DNA of 64,000 bases, from the IMG/VR virus record IMGVR_UViG_3300031420_000003, positions 32,001-96,000 of that record; one strand, 5' to 3'. The position numbers and the translations under genes were made by a program. Of this stretch, positions 1 through 10,832 are shown piece by piece. Each line of letters starts with the position of its first letter. The stretch's first letter is position 1. Source of the DNA: a virus. The notes below the pieces were generated by a model, which worked only from the letters and a program-made list of their open reading frames with translations, had not been told where the DNA came from and searched no databases.

Positions 1-3000
1 TTCGGTAACCTCTCCTCGATGTCTAACTCCGCGATTGCCGGGGAAGATATGGGCGCGGCGGGCAGCATCTTCCGTGCACTGCACATGCTGGGGATTATCA
101 ACCCACTGCAACGTGAACAGGGGATGCTGGATGAACGCGAGCCGGGGATGTTGTCCCGGGCGTCCAAGTTCGACCACCGGACGTGGCTGTCGATTAATGA
201 AATCATTCCTGCGTGGCTGAGTGAAATCAACAAATCGATTCGTCGCGGTTACGGCGAACACGCCGACATGGAATACGACATCACCAGTCGTGGCTTCGTT
301 GACCGCAAGGTCATCGGTAACCGTGTGCGTAAATCCGTCGCCAACGATGAAGAGCGTAAACGTCTGCAAGGCAGTATCGGCTCGACGGTGGACTACCTTG
401 ACCACAACAAGAGCCTGACACAGCGTGACCGTCAGAAGCTGGCCGACTTCATCGAAGAACGTGCCTCAACGGGCAAAGCGTTTGACGTGAATGCACTGGC
501 CCGTGACCCACAGGCCCTGCAGCGCTACATGGGCTTTGAAGGGGCGGACAGAATCCAGCAACTGTTGAGTTCCCATCCGGGTCAAGGTGTCGGTGGCGGT
601 TACGAGTTATCTAACGAACTGGCCAACCGCATGGCGATCATTCAGTCGTCTATCAGTCGTCGTCAATCCCGTATTGATGCTGCTGCGGGGCTGTACGGGG
701 AACGTGCCCTGCGTGATGCCGGTATCTTCCACTACGACAACAAGAATGATGTCTTCCACGTTGACCGTGACCTGAGTGACCCGCATACATTGTTCAATGA
801 CTTGGCCATGGGGAAAACCCGTAGCGGACGTGCGTTGACCCGTGAGCAGGAAATTCAGCGTAAGTTACAAAACGGTTCAGCCCTCGGTGACTTACTCCGT
901 CGTCGTGGCATGGGCAGTGAAGGGTCGAAGGAAGAGGAGCGTCGTCGGGGTGCCGGTTTCGGTGGTGGCATGCGGGGTGGCTTGTCTGCCCTGGCCCTCT
1001 CCAACGTGCTGTACGGTGACAAACCGACAACCTTCCCTGAACTCTTCGAAGGTATGCGTTCCACACTGGGCTCGGGTAGTACCTCGTCTAACGAAGACCT
1101 CGTTCGGGCAATTCGTGAAAACAACCAGAGTGAACTGCTGGGCAAAATCTTAGACCACGTCCGTGACATGAATGAGGAAGGGGTGTTTATCCTGAACTCA
1201 CTCAACATGGGGGGCGATGATTTGCACGGCCCAAGTCCGGGTCCCGCTGGCCCGGGCGGAGGTGGTGGTTCTGGTGGCGGCTTGTTCCGTCGTTGGGGCC
1301 GTCTGGGTCGTGACACCGCGGCCGGCGGTTGGCGTCAAGCCCGCCGTGGCTTTAACGGTGCGCGTGCGCGGGGTGGTCGTGTTGCGTCTTGGCTACGCGG
1401 TAAGTTTGCCTCAGGTGGTGCTGCAGGGACAAGCATGTTCCAACGTGTGCTCGGCATGGGCGGTAATGCGCTCTCGGGTGTGCGTTCATTCGGCAAAGGG
1501 TTGCTGGGTGCCCGTGACATTTACAACAGCCAAGGCAGAGTCGTCCTAAACGGTAAACGCTTAGCGGCAGGTGACTACTACCAGATGGGTAGCGGTCAGG
1601 GCAGTCAGATGAAGCAGCTCTTCTCCCTTGGCGATATTCGCATGGGGCGGGACATCATCGATGCGGCGGGGAATGTGATTCTCTCGGCAGCAGACTTAGC
1701 CCAAGGTGGCGAGCTGACATTCTACACCGGCTCAAACTGGAAGAAGCTCTTTGATGTTATCGGCAATAAAGCCGGCGAAGCAGGGCGAGGCATTCTGTCT
1801 CTGCCCGGTCGTCTGGCGAGTAAAATCCAGAACCCACTTCGCACAGTGAAAGACTGGTTTACACAAGCGCCGGATGTCTACGTCAAAGGTGAGCCGAATC
1901 CCCGCCTCTTTGCGAACCGCATGCGTGAAGGTGAGTACCGCCTGAAAGAGGGTGGTCGCATCATCTATAAGGTCAGTGAGATTACGGGCCCCGTGGTGGA
2001 CAAGCAGGGTAATGATGTTATTACCGCGGCTGAACTCGCTAACCCGAACTTCAAACTGGTTGACCGCTTTGGCCGTTCTGTCAAGTCCCCACTGGGTCGT
2101 ATCGTGGGTCGGGTGATGGGGATCGGCAAGTTCGCTTGGAACACCGCAGCCCGCGTCCCGTCTATGGTTAGAGGGGGGATCGACCGTATCAAGGGAATGA
2201 TTAACGACAACCCCTTAACCCGTTGGTGGGGTAACCGTGGCTCGTCCTCCGACAGCAAATGGTTCTCTGGCAACAGCTTCTTTGGGGGTCTTGGCGGAAC
2301 GAAGAAAACCAACCACATCTTACTGCGCATCTATAAGCTCTTAAACCAGCGTTTGGCAGGTGAGCCGGAAGACGAAAGTTGGACGGACAAGATGGATGAG
2401 CAGGTCGGGGGCGGGAAGACCTTTGGCCGGGTGAAAGGTGGACTGTCACGTGCCTTCCGTCGGGGCCGGGTTATGGGCCGTCGTCGTTGGGGTCGTCAGT
2501 TCGGGAATCTGCGTAACCGTATCAGTGGTTGGTTCGGACGGGGTCGCGGTGCGGCCTCTGACATTTACGGTCGGGGTGCGGGTGTCGCCCGTGACTTGGC
2601 AAACCGGTACACGGGTGCGGAACACGACATCGGCTTACGTTATCTGGTTGAGCAACGCTTGGCCGGACGTGATGATGAGTCTGCAGACTTTTATCGTGAC
2701 CGTCTGCACCGTCGTAAAGGCCTGAACGGGAACCGTCTGCGTTCAGACTTGAATGATGCGGCTGAGGAAGCAACCGATGCAGCAGGTCGTGCCATTAACA
2801 CCGGCAAAAAGAAAGTCCAGAGTGTCGGACAAGCCATGCTCGAGAAACTCAACCGCATGGTTGGGCTGCAAGAGATTACGTGGTTTGAGAAGATGCGTTC
2901 TTCAACGTTGGAAGCCGGCGGGTCAGAAGGCTTTATCCGTGGCATGATGAACAAGTTCACCCGACGTAACAAGTTTGGTGAAGCAACCGAGAAGAAAGAC

Positions 3001-6000
3001 TACCTCAACTTCTTCCGTCGTAAACAATCGCATCGCGACAGCGAAGGCGGTCACGGCGGATCGAGTGCAGGTGGGGCACGTGGTGGGGTGATGGGTATCC
3101 TTGACAAACTGACCGGTGTTATCGGTGGGATTGGCGGGGTGCTGAGCACACTTGGCAGTGCGTTGGGCTTTGTCGGTAAATGGGGCCTCCTGAAGCCCGG
3201 TAAGCTCTTGGGACGTGGCGCGTGGGCATTGGCTTCCCGCGCACTGCCATGGGCAGCACGGGCCATTGCAGGGCCGTTAATCACGGGTGCGGCCGCATTG
3301 GTCTCGGCGGTCGGTTGGCCGGCTATCGTTGTCGGAGCAGCCATTGCCGGTGTCGGCTACGCGGCGTATAAAATCGCCACTAACGTTCCGGCGAAATACC
3401 TTGACCGGATGCGACTGGCGCAGTACGGCTTCCGTGACTACGAAAGCTGGAACAGTGATGACGGCGCAAAAGCGAGATACTTGGAAGACCAGCTGAAAGG
3501 GTACATCTCCTACAACAATGACGGGTCGGCCACCCTGCGTGGTCTGTCAGCCAGCGATGTAGAGAAACTTGCAGCCGGCTTTGGTATCGACAAGGATGAG
3601 AAATCCGAACTCGTCTCCTTCCACGCGTTTATGCTACAGCGCTTTATCCCACTTTACCTGCGTTGGATGACTTCTATCCGTCAGCTGGAAAGTGATGTTG
3701 CCTTGAAAGACCTCGGGGATGTGACCAAGGTCAGCAAAGAAGACATGAAGACGCTGTTTGGCAAGAACAAGTTGAGCAAGGACTCGCAATACCTGAAAGC
3801 CATCGAAGACCCGCGTAAAACCAACCAAGGTTTCTTCTCCAAGGCTTGGGATACGATTACCTTCACCTCACCAGACTTACTCGGTGCGGACGATGTGATG
3901 GATGTGCAGAACGAAGTGGAGAAATCCATTAAGTTCCGTGCAGAAGGGGCAGCCGCGGTGCGCAACCACATGGCACCACCGGCCGCTGCTGAGGGCACGA
4001 AAGTCTCAGGTGTGGCGGAATCGGTTAACCGACTGGCCACCTTTGACCAAGACCGTCGTGACCACACCATCAAGAAAGAAGGTTGGGAAGATGGCAACGA
4101 GCAGGTTACGGTTCAGGTGGACTATAACTCTGTTGTCCAGCAGAAAGATGTCGATGCGCTGCAATCGCTGCGTATGAAAGCGTACGGTTTAACCACTCTC
4201 AATCCGGCACAGGTGAAATCCCTGTTACTGATGGAGCGGTTGGTCTACCCGAGCATCGATGTCAAGAACAACACGTACAAAGGGAAATGGCAGGAAGCAA
4301 TCGACGCGTTAGTACCGGGGGGTTCTTCCTCTGAGAAAGCTGACCGGTTGAAATACTGGTTCTACAACCGTTTCCTTCCGGTCTTCATGACCTACGTGGT
4401 TGGGGTGTATCGCTATCAGCCGACAGCGAACCCACTGGACTTGAAACTCTCGGGCGGTTACCTCTACGAAGTCGGTTTGATGACTTCACGGGCGTACTCC
4501 ATGAAGAATGACATTCGCCAATCTGTCTGGGACATTGCCATCAACCCGTTTGGGGGCGATGCCAATACCATTGCAACCTCGGTGAACGCCGAACTGGAAT
4601 CCCTGCACGTCCTTTCGAAAGAAGCGGACTTGGCGGTGCGAAACCTGATGCGTGAAAGCGAGAAGAAGCAAGGTCGGTCTCAGTGGAAGCAGAAGGAACT
4701 GACCAAGGGCCTCTACTCAGGCGACGGCATGAGCGACAACGGTGTGAGTTCTTACGCACCGGGGTCACCAGAGGCCATGCGTGCTGCGGGCTTAAACGGT
4801 CGCAGTGGCTACGATGGCGCAGGCGGGGGTTGGAACGGCAGCAGTGAGATTGCCGCTGCAGGCGGCATTGCAAACTACGCCGCCTTGACCACCGGTAGCA
4901 CCAACGTCTCCTTGGGTCAGATGGGCGATGGCAACTACAAAGAGTTGGCAGAGAAATACCCACGGGCGTCACTGAACAACGTGGCCAACGTGAAAGCGAT
5001 GATTGTGGATGTGGCACAGCGCTTAGGCGTGCCACCGGGTGTAGCACTGGGGATGGCGTACGCGGAATCCAAGTTCAACTACAAAGCATGGAACAAAGAC
5101 TCAGGAGCCGGTGGACTGTTCCAGTTCATCAAATCCACGTGGTCTGGTCGCGGTGGTAAACCGGGTGAATTGCAGAACTACGGCAACAAGTTTGGGATTC
5201 CGAATGGAAGTACCCAGCTCGACCCGTATGCGAATGCGTTACTCGGTGTTAACTTCATCCGTAACAACATCTCCCAAGCCCAGAAAGATTACGGCGGTCA
5301 AGTCCCTCCGGGCGTGGCCTACCTGTATCACTTCTTGGGGGCAGGCGATGCGGCCAAGTTCATGAAAGCCTACAAGCAGAACCCGAATGCACCGGCCAAC
5401 TCTATCCGCTATTCCAGCAGCGGTGTGATTGGTAACAACATGTCGGTCTTTACCTCCGGCGGGCGTATTCGAAGCTTTGCACAGGTGATGCAAGAGTTGA
5501 ACGGGCGTATGGGTTCACAGGTGGCGAACATTGCGACCTCGAACTCCGACTTGGCGAAACAAGCCATGTCCGGCCAGACACCGACTGACCCAGCCCGGGC
5601 AGCCGGTGCGCCAGCGGCGAATGATGCTGACGGCGCTGTACAATCAGCAGACCGCAAAGACACGGCACTCGCGCAGAAAGGGGCACAAGCAGCGAACGAT
5701 GCGGCAACGCAAAGTGCGTCTGTAACGGCACCGAACCCTGCAGGCGTATCAGCAGCGAACTCGCCGTCTGATGTTGCCAAGGATGTCGATAATGTCCAAG
5801 CGGCTGCGGAGGCAGATGGCATGTCTCCAGCGGATGCAGCCAAGGTCGGGGCAGGCTATGCCAATCAGGCAGCAGCACAAACCCGTCCACGTAAAGCGGC
5901 GAATGACATGCCAGCGTCAGCCGGTGATCTTGTCACCGTCAGCCGGATGGACGAACTCATTGATATCGAGGGGCAGAGTCGCGACTACCTCAAGAATATC

Positions 6001-6144
6001 TGGGAGTATCTCCAGAAGGGCGGGACGCTGGGTAATGTCGCGCAAGCGGCACAAGCAGCATCAACAGCACCCGGCGCTGCCAGTCGTAAGACACAAACCA
6101 CAGCACCGGCACCAACGCTTAACCTGAACCGGAAAGCGTCGTAG
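1..6144 (+). CDS. Giant tail (tape-measure-like) virion protein with C-terminal lytic transglycosylase, phiKZ gp181-like; 5' end outside window
   Basis: Frame is open from base 1 (FGNLSSM...), giving >2041 aa. It has G/R-rich segments and a hydrophobic stretch (GPLITGAAALVSAVGWPAIVVGAAIAGVG). SLT motifs: GMAYAESKFN, AGGLFQFIKSTW, AYLYHFLGAG. Confidence 0.85.
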   Translation, partial: FGNLSSMSNSAIAGEDMGAAGSIFRALHMLGIINPLQREQGMLDEREPGMLSRASKFDHRTWLSINEIIPAWLSEINKSIRRGYGEHADMEYDITSRGFVDRKVIGNRVRKSVANDEERKRLQGSIGSTVDYLDHNKSLTQRDRQKLADFIEERASTGKAFDVNALARDPQALQRYMGFEGADRIQQLLSSHPGQGVGGGYELSNELANRMAIIQSSISRRQSRIDAAAGLYGERALRDAGIFHYDNKNDVFHVDRDLSDPHTLFNDLAMGKTRSGRALTREQEIQRKLQNGSALGDLLRRRGMGSEGSKEEERRRGAGFGGGMRGGLSALALSNVLYGDKPTTFPELFEGMRSTLGSGSTSSNEDLVRAIRENNQSELLGKILDHVRDMNEEGVFILNSLNMGGDDLHGPSPGPAGPGGGGGSGGGLFRRWGRLGRDTAAGGWRQARRGFNGARARGGRVASWLRGKFASGGAAGTSMFQRVLGMGGNALSGVRSFGKGLLGARDIYNSQGRVVLNGKRLAAGDYYQMGSGQGSQMKQLFSLGDIRMGRDIIDAAGNVILSAADLAQGGELTFYTGSNWKKLFDVIGNKAGEAGRGILSLPGRLASKIQNPLRTVKDWFTQAPDVYVKGEPNPRLFANRMREGEYRLKEGGRIIYKVSEITGPVVDKQGNDVITAAELANPNFKLVDRFGRSVKSPLGRIVGRVMGIGKFAWNTAARVPSMVRGGIDRIKGMINDNPLTRWWGNRGSSSDSKWFSGNSFFGGLGGTKKTNHILLRIYKLLNQRLAGEPEDESWTDKMDEQVGGGKTFGRVKGGLSRAFRRGRVMGRRRWGRQFGNLRNRISGWFGRGRGAASDIYGRGAGVARDLANRYTGAEHDIGLRYLVEQRLAGRDDESADFYRDRLHRRKGLNGNRLRSDLNDAAEEATDAAGRAINTGKKKVQSVGQAMLEKLNRMVGLQEITWFEKMRSSTLEAGGSEGFIRGMMNKFTRRNKFGEATEKKDYLNFFRRKQSHRDSEGGHGGSSAGGARGGVMGILDKLTGVIGGIGGVLSTLGSALGFVGKWGLLKPGKLLGRGAWALASRALPWAARAIAGPLITGAAALVSAVGWPAIVVGAAIAGVGYAAYKIATNVPAKYLDRMRLAQYGFRDYESWNSDDGAKARYLEDQLKGYISYNNDGSATLRGLSASDVEKLAAGFGIDKDEKSELVSFHAFMLQRFIPLYLRWMTSIRQLESDVALKDLGDVTKVSKEDMKTLFGKNKLSKDSQYLKAIEDPRKTNQGFFSKAWDTITFTSPDLLGADDVMDVQNEVEKSIKFRAEGAAAVRNHMAPPAAAEGTKVSGVAESVNRLATFDQDRRDHTIKKEGWEDGNEQVTVQVDYNSVVQQKDVDALQSLRMKAYGLTTLNPAQVKSLLLMERLVYPSIDVKNNTYKGKWQEAIDALVPGGSSSEKADRLKYWFYNRFLPVFMTYVVGVYRYQPTANPLDLKLSGGYLYEVGLMTSRAYSMKNDIRQSVWDIAINPFGGDANTIATSVNAELESLHVLSKEADLAVRNLMRESEKKQGRSQWKQKELTKGLYSGDGMSDNGVSSYAPGSPEAMRAAGLNGRSGYDGAGGGWNGSSEIAAAGGIANYAALTTGSTNVSLGQMGDGNYKELAEKYPRASLNNVANVKAMIVDVAQRLGVPPGVALGMAYAESKFNYKAWNKDSGAGGLFQFIKSTWSGRGGKPGELQNYGNKFGIPNGSTQLDPYANALLGVNFIRNNISQAQKDYGGQVPPGVAYLYHFLGAGDAAKFMKAYKQNPNAPANSIRYSSSGVIGNNMSVFTSGGRIRSFAQVMQELNGRMGSQVANIATSNSDLAKQAMSGQTPTDPARAAGAPAANDADGAVQSADRKDTALAQKGAQAANDAATQSASVTAPNPAGVSAANSPSDVAKDVDNVQAAAEADGMSPADAAKVGAGYANQAAAQTRPRKAANDMPASAGDLVTVSRMDELIDIEGQSRDYLKNIWEYLQKGGTLGNVAQAAQAASTAPGAASRKTQTTAPAPTLNLNRKAS

Positions 6145-6150
6145 TTAAAC

Positions 6151-6180
6151 GGGGGCGGGCAACTGCCCCCATTCCTTTCA
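6151..6180 (+). terminator. Hairpin after the giant tail gene
   Basis: GGGGGCGG-GCAA-CTGCCCCC followed by a weak T-rich tail. Confidence 0.5.
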
Positions 6181-6193
6181 AGAGAGGTCCACT

Positions 6194-8392
6194 GTGGATG
6201 CGAGAACGATTACCGACACCGGTTGGGTCAGTGCCCTGTTCGGTGGCGCGATAACCCAACGCGACACGCGCTTTACGAATTTGCGTGTGTACAGCGATGC
6301 TCGAATGTCGTTTGCTGATACCACCATGGGTGGTGGGCAGGCGATTAACACCCCACCGGGATTTACCCTGTTTGCCGATCCGCCAGTCGGTGGTGTCTTC
6401 GCGCAGCCCTACGATGAGACCCGTGCTTCATTTCGTAAGTGGCATGACAGCCAAGAGCAACAAGGTTCGTACCGTAACGGTGCGTTCTACTCTGAGGCAA
6501 TTGAGCAAAACAGTTTCTATATCCATTGCCGATTTGGTAAACCCAAATACTTAGGTGTGGCTGCCTTCTTCGCGAACATGTACGACTCCAACCTTGCCTA
6601 CCTCGCCCGTACGGGTGATTACCCGGGCATGGTGCGTACACTCGGAACGTGGGTCACTGCCGCGGCTATCTGGGCAACCTTGGGTACCGTCGCCTTTGGT
6701 GCGCTCCTGATTATCCCGCGTGTGTTGAAAGCCGCACTGAACAAACAGGCTTCGCGCTACTACTACGTGAAGCCCACGATGCACCTGTATCTGCGTGCTG
6801 TGCAGAACATCGTAAACACCCAGCTTATCTACCGCAAACTGGTGCCGACGAATATCCTCGGCTTCTTCGGTGGAAAAGGCTCGGGCGATGTCAACGACCC
6901 GGCAAACAAGTATTACAAGTCCAAAGCGGATTTGTATTCTGCCCTGCCGGATATCTGGAAAGCCAACGGTGAGTTTGACATCTACAAGATGATTAACCGC
7001 TACCAGATACTGGCGAACTATCAGGCGGACACGCTTGAGAAGATTGCCAAAGAGTCGACGTCACCGGAAGACCAAGCGAGTCGCGTGCAGGCGTTTTATA
7101 AAGAAGCACTCTTCACCAACTCAATTGACCCCAACAGCAAAGCCATGGCTGGCATGGAAATCTCACTGGCCGCAATGGAAGCCGCGTTTGCCAAATCCCC
7201 GGGTTACTACGCCGGCTTTACCAACGTCGACAACCAAGAAGATGCGGTGCTGCAAAGTGTGGGCAGTGTGTACTCTGCAGCCGACCAAGGTGGCGGGACA
7301 TCACAGGCCTACGACAACGCCACCGATGTGGAACGTCAGCGCTTGCAGAACCAGATGGCCGCGAATGCACAGGGCGGGGAAGGTGACCAGCCAAACCAAG
7401 CTCAGATTCAGAACTGGATGGATGCGGGTCAGAAGCAGACATTGGGTGACCTCTTCGGAGATTACGCCAAAGAAGCCGAAGGTACCGTGGGGCGCTTTGC
7501 CAACTCCATTGCCACGCAGGCCGAGTCAGAGTTCAAGAACGGTTCCCAGTGGGTGACGTGGAAGATTGATGGGCGGGATACCGTCAGTCGTAACTTCTCT
7601 AACTCCACCAAAGAACCGGAGATTTCCGGTACCGTGAACTCCGCCACCCAGAAAGCCCGTAGCCTCGAGGTGAACCTCTCCGGCGGTAAAACTGGCTTTG
7701 ATGCGGTGGACGGGTTAATCACGGGACTGAAGTCGGCCTTTACGGGTGCCTTGGACTTCTTGCACCTCTCAGGGATTATGTCGCTGTACAACTCCTCGGT
7801 GATTGACTTCCCGGAAGTGTGGGACAGTTCGTCAACCGACGGGGATGACGTCACGCTGAACATTCCCCTGCGTTGTTGGTCAGGTAATGACTTGGATGTG
7901 TTCCAAGACCTTATCGTGCCGCTGTCGTTTTGGATTGCTGCAGCCTGTCCGATTGCCACCGGTAAGCAGTCGTTTACGCACCCCTTCTACGTAGAAGCGT
8001 ACTCACGCGGTCGTCACTCAATTCGTAACGGGATTGTGACCTCCGTGAGCATGAACTTCGGTGTAGGCGGGTTGGGTTGGCGTGTGGACGGTTGTCCGCT
8101 GTCATGTGACATCTCGGTGACCATTCGTGACATGTCGCGTGTGATGTACATGCCGATTGTAACCGACCAGTCAGTTTGGGATGACGATAACAAGTTCACG
8201 GAATTCATGGCGGTGTTAGGTGGAGCTACCCTCCATCAGCGCACCAACGGTATTGACCGTACCATCATGAACGCCCTGAACTGGAAGCAGTCGTGGAAGT
8301 CGGCCTTCTCGGTCGGCTCGGTTGTGAACTCGGTGTTTGACTTGCCACCTGCGCGTGTGCTTGCCAACATCTTCTCGACCCCCGCACGATAG
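6194..8392 (+). CDS. Virion structural/baseplate protein (phiKZ gp182-like by synteny)
   Basis: 732-aa ORF with a GTG start after GAGG, directly downstream of the gp181-like gene. The C-terminal beta-rich segment (GIVTSVSMNFG...PLSCDISVTIRD) is typical of tail-tube/baseplate folds. Confidence 0.65.
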   Translation: MDARTITDTGWVSALFGGAITQRDTRFTNLRVYSDARMSFADTTMGGGQAINTPPGFTLFADPPVGGVFAQPYDETRASFRKWHDSQEQQGSYRNGAFYSEAIEQNSFYIHCRFGKPKYLGVAAFFANMYDSNLAYLARTGDYPGMVRTLGTWVTAAAIWATLGTVAFGALLIIPRVLKAALNKQASRYYYVKPTMHLYLRAVQNIVNTQLIYRKLVPTNILGFFGGKGSGDVNDPANKYYKSKADLYSALPDIWKANGEFDIYKMINRYQILANYQADTLEKIAKESTSPEDQASRVQAFYKEALFTNSIDPNSKAMAGMEISLAAMEAAFAKSPGYYAGFTNVDNQEDAVLQSVGSVYSAADQGGGTSQAYDNATDVERQRLQNQMAANAQGGEGDQPNQAQIQNWMDAGQKQTLGDLFGDYAKEAEGTVGRFANSIATQAESEFKNGSQWVTWKIDGRDTVSRNFSNSTKEPEISGTVNSATQKARSLEVNLSGGKTGFDAVDGLITGLKSAFTGALDFLHLSGIMSLYNSSVIDFPEVWDSSSTDGDDVTLNIPLRCWSGNDLDVFQDLIVPLSFWIAAACPIATGKQSFTHPFYVEAYSRGRHSIRNGIVTSVSMNFGVGGLGWRVDGCPLSCDISVTIRDMSRVMYMPIVTDQSVWDDDNKFTEFMAVLGGATLHQRTNGIDRTIMNALNWKQSWKSAFSVGSVVNSVFDLPPARVLANIFSTPAR

Positions 8393-8394
8393 CA

Positions 8395-8442
8395 AAAAAA
8401 AAGAAGTACCCACTCCTTTACGGGAGTGGGTTACTTTTATTT
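8395..8442. terminator. Bidirectional intrinsic terminator
   Basis: ACCCACTCC/GGAGTGGGT stem flanked by A- and T-tracts between convergent genes. Confidence 0.8.
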
Positions 8443-8444
8443 GT

Positions 8445-8855
8445 TTAGGGTTGGTCACACGTCACGATTTGCCAGACACCGTTGTTGTACCAGACAATCA
8501 TGGCGTTGTGGTCAGCTTCTTTTACCGGGACAGACAGGTAAGGAATTTCCATCCCCAGCGCCTCCGACACCGCGAGGGCATTCTTCCCTTCGGTGCAGTG
8601 GCCCCGGAACTTGCATTCACGCAACAGGAAACCGGCTTGCTGCTCATCGATTTCAAAGAAGCGCGGATTCCCGATACGGGCCCATGGACCAACGTCGTGG
8701 GGTTTATCCACCAACACAATTTCAAACCCGTTCTTCGCCTTCGGTACAAACATATCCCACACCCAATCTGCAATACCGAGATTGAACGGCACAGGCTTGT
8801 TGTTGATGAAGACTCTACTGTTTTCATCCCGATGGATGCGATTAAGTTCGGTCAA
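8445..8855 (-). CDS. Hypothetical protein, paralog family A
   Basis: Fits the packed minus-strand operon; shares the DE..fIN and A..LL...F pattern with 8842-9339 and 12910-13311. Confidence 0.7.
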   Translation of the reverse strand: MTELNRIHRDENSRVFINNKPVPFNLGIADWVWDMFVPKAKNGFEIVLVDKPHDVGPWARIGNPRFFEIDEQQAGFLLRECKFRGHCTEGKNALAVSEALGMEIPYLSVPVKEADHNAMIVWYNNGVWQIVTCDQP

Positions 8856-9339
8856 TGTTGTCTCCTACTTCACGGTCGTCAGGGTGACGCAGAATCAGAT
8901 AGCTGATACAGATAACCGGCAAGTCCAGTTCATCACGGTCAACGTGAATCACCAGAATTGGCGTACACACCGGAATGTTTGCATTGCAATCCAGCCACAT
9001 GGAATTCAGACGAATGGTTTCCACCGAACGCAGACCAATTTCCTTTGGCAGCGAGGGGTCAATTTCATCCCACATTGCATTCGGGTCATTGTCTTCGTTA
9101 CGGTAATCCGCGCAGGCGATTAACTTGCGCAGCATCGACTCTTCAAGCGGAAGGGTAATCTGCTCAGTCGGGGTTTCATCAAACGTCAGGCTGACATCTT
9201 CAATGATAAAGATTTGTTCAGCGTTCGAGAAGTACCGCCACAGTAATGCATGGCGGTCATTCACGGAGCCAATCACCTTACCGTTGATTTCAATGTCATT
9301 CTCATCGGGGATGACACTGATAACTTTGATACGGTTCAT
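8842..9339 (-). CDS. Hypothetical protein, paralog family A
   Basis: AAGGGA RBS, overlaps the next gene; motifs DENDIEING and LRKLIACADY. Confidence 0.7.
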   Translation of the reverse strand: MNRIKVISVIPDENDIEINGKVIGSVNDRHALLWRYFSNAEQIFIIEDVSLTFDETPTEQITLPLEESMLRKLIACADYRNEDNDPNAMWDEIDPSLPKEIGLRSVETIRLNSMWLDCNANIPVCTPILVIHVDRDELDLPVICISYLILRHPDDREVGDNIDRT

Positions 9340-9347
9340 GGCGTCCC

Positions 9348-10751
9348 TTATTCGGATACGGTCTCTTTCACGATGTAAGACGCCGCATCGTCTGCGAACT
9401 GCCAGTAATCGATCTTCTCAACCGGCTGATGACGAGTTCCGTCTTTGCCGTCGAGGGTGAACTCGAACAGGACGTGAGGGCGCGGATAGAAGGTGTCGCC
9501 ACCGTAGTAAACGCCGACGCGGACAAACTGCACGTGACTGCCGCCCAGCGTGGCGCGAATGGCATCAGCCGCAGCATTCAACTGCTCTTGAGTAGGCACA
9601 ACCGGGAAGTAAGACACTTCTACGGTTTTCTTTTCAACGAAGCCCAGCTCATCAACCGGCGTGAAGTGCGTCGTTAAACCACGTGCACTACCGCTCTGCA
9701 CGTCGCCGTCATAATCTTTCAGCTGTTCGGTTGGCGACATCTCAGCTTGGATGCTTGGGCCGTTGTCGCCGTCGAAATCGCCAGCCTTTTCGGTGTCTTT
9801 CAGGGCACGTTGGATACGATCGTTATCAGACATATCAGACTCCTTCACAAACACACCATCTGCATTCAGGAAACCGGTGCGGTCTTTGATTTCATCCCAC
9901 GCCATGGACAGGGCTTGCTCCAGCGTGAATTCGTACGCATTAGCCAGCGCGTTGGCAAAGTAGATAGCTTCGGCCAAGTAACCGACAGCACACTGGATCT
10001 GCGTTTCGTCGAACAGGTCTGCGGTCAGCTTCTTCGGTGAATCAACACCGGCTACATCCCACAGGTAGTCAACCGCGACGGTGTTGGACAGACGCAGTTT
10101 GTGATACAGGTAATGCGCGTTACCCAGCGGGCCGTTTTCTTTACGGGACGCTTCAACCATTGGCAGAATAGAAACAGCGTTAAAGCCGCTCAGTTCCATC
10201 AGGTTAACCATCACCACGATCATGTCACCGACACCGTCGATAATCATGTTGCGTTTGGACTTGGCGACACCCGGTGCAATCTCACCGTCTTCTTCGTACA
10301 TCTTGGTCGCTTGGGTGAACCAGACGCCGTTGTCCAGAATGCCGCGCGCCTGTGACCAACCTTTGATGTTATCAATCAGTTCAGCCATGCGGAACAGACG
10401 GATATAGCGCGGGTGTGTCACGATGTTCTTTTTGTCGTGATACAGCGGAACCAGCAGTTCCAGCTCCAGACCCGGCAGGGTCAGTTCGCAGTCGTAAATC
10501 TCTTCACCGCGTTGACGGTTAGCGACCAGCTCTGGATCGTTTTCAACATCGCCGTCTTCAGGTGCCAGCAGACCTTCGATAAACCACTTACCGGTTTCGA
10601 CGTTGCGATCCAGTGAGGAGATAGCACGGAAGAGGATGTTTGCCCGGCCTTCTTTTTTCAGCTCTTCCAGCTGTGCATTAACCTGCGCCAGATACTGGTT
10701 CGGATTCAGCAGTGCAACGTATGGCACTTGGATTACAAATTGATCGCCCAT
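9348..10751 (-). CDS. MazG-like NTP pyrophosphohydrolase with extra N- and C-terminal domains
   Basis: Core IKGWSQARGI...QATKMYEEDGEIA...IIDGVGDMIV and AWDEIKDRTG...GVFVKES match the MazG-like all-alpha NTP-PPase pattern (EExGE, DxxGD). Confidence 0.8.
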   Translation of the reverse strand: MGDQFVIQVPYVALLNPNQYLAQVNAQLEELKKEGRANILFRAISSLDRNVETGKWFIEGLLAPEDGDVENDPELVANRQRGEEIYDCELTLPGLELELLVPLYHDKKNIVTHPRYIRLFRMAELIDNIKGWSQARGILDNGVWFTQATKMYEEDGEIAPGVAKSKRNMIIDGVGDMIVVMVNLMELSGFNAVSILPMVEASRKENGPLGNAHYLYHKLRLSNTVAVDYLWDVAGVDSPKKLTADLFDETQIQCAVGYLAEAIYFANALANAYEFTLEQALSMAWDEIKDRTGFLNADGVFVKESDMSDNDRIQRALKDTEKAGDFDGDNGPSIQAEMSPTEQLKDYDGDVQSGSARGLTTHFTPVDELGFVEKKTVEVSYFPVVPTQEQLNAAADAIRATLGGSHVQFVRVGVYYGGDTFYPRPHVLFEFTLDGKDGTRHQPVEKIDYWQFADDAASYIVKETVSE

Positions 10752-10796
10752 TTGATGTCAGTCCTTAAAATTAATCGATGTTTATATTGGTTAAGA

Positions 10797-10822
10797 AAAG
10801 AATACCCCGTCGAAAGACGGGG
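10797..10822 (-). terminator. Intrinsic terminator after the 62-aa gene
   Basis: CCCCGTC-TTTC-GACGGGG then TATTCTTTT on the minus strand. Confidence 0.75.
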
Positions 10823-10832
10823 CAGGCACTAC

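Noticed and set aside
35-6127. Numerous alternative-frame and antisense ORFs inside long genes (here and throughout the window)
   Set aside because: Shadow ORFs with no RBS or motifs, lying inside well-supported CDSs
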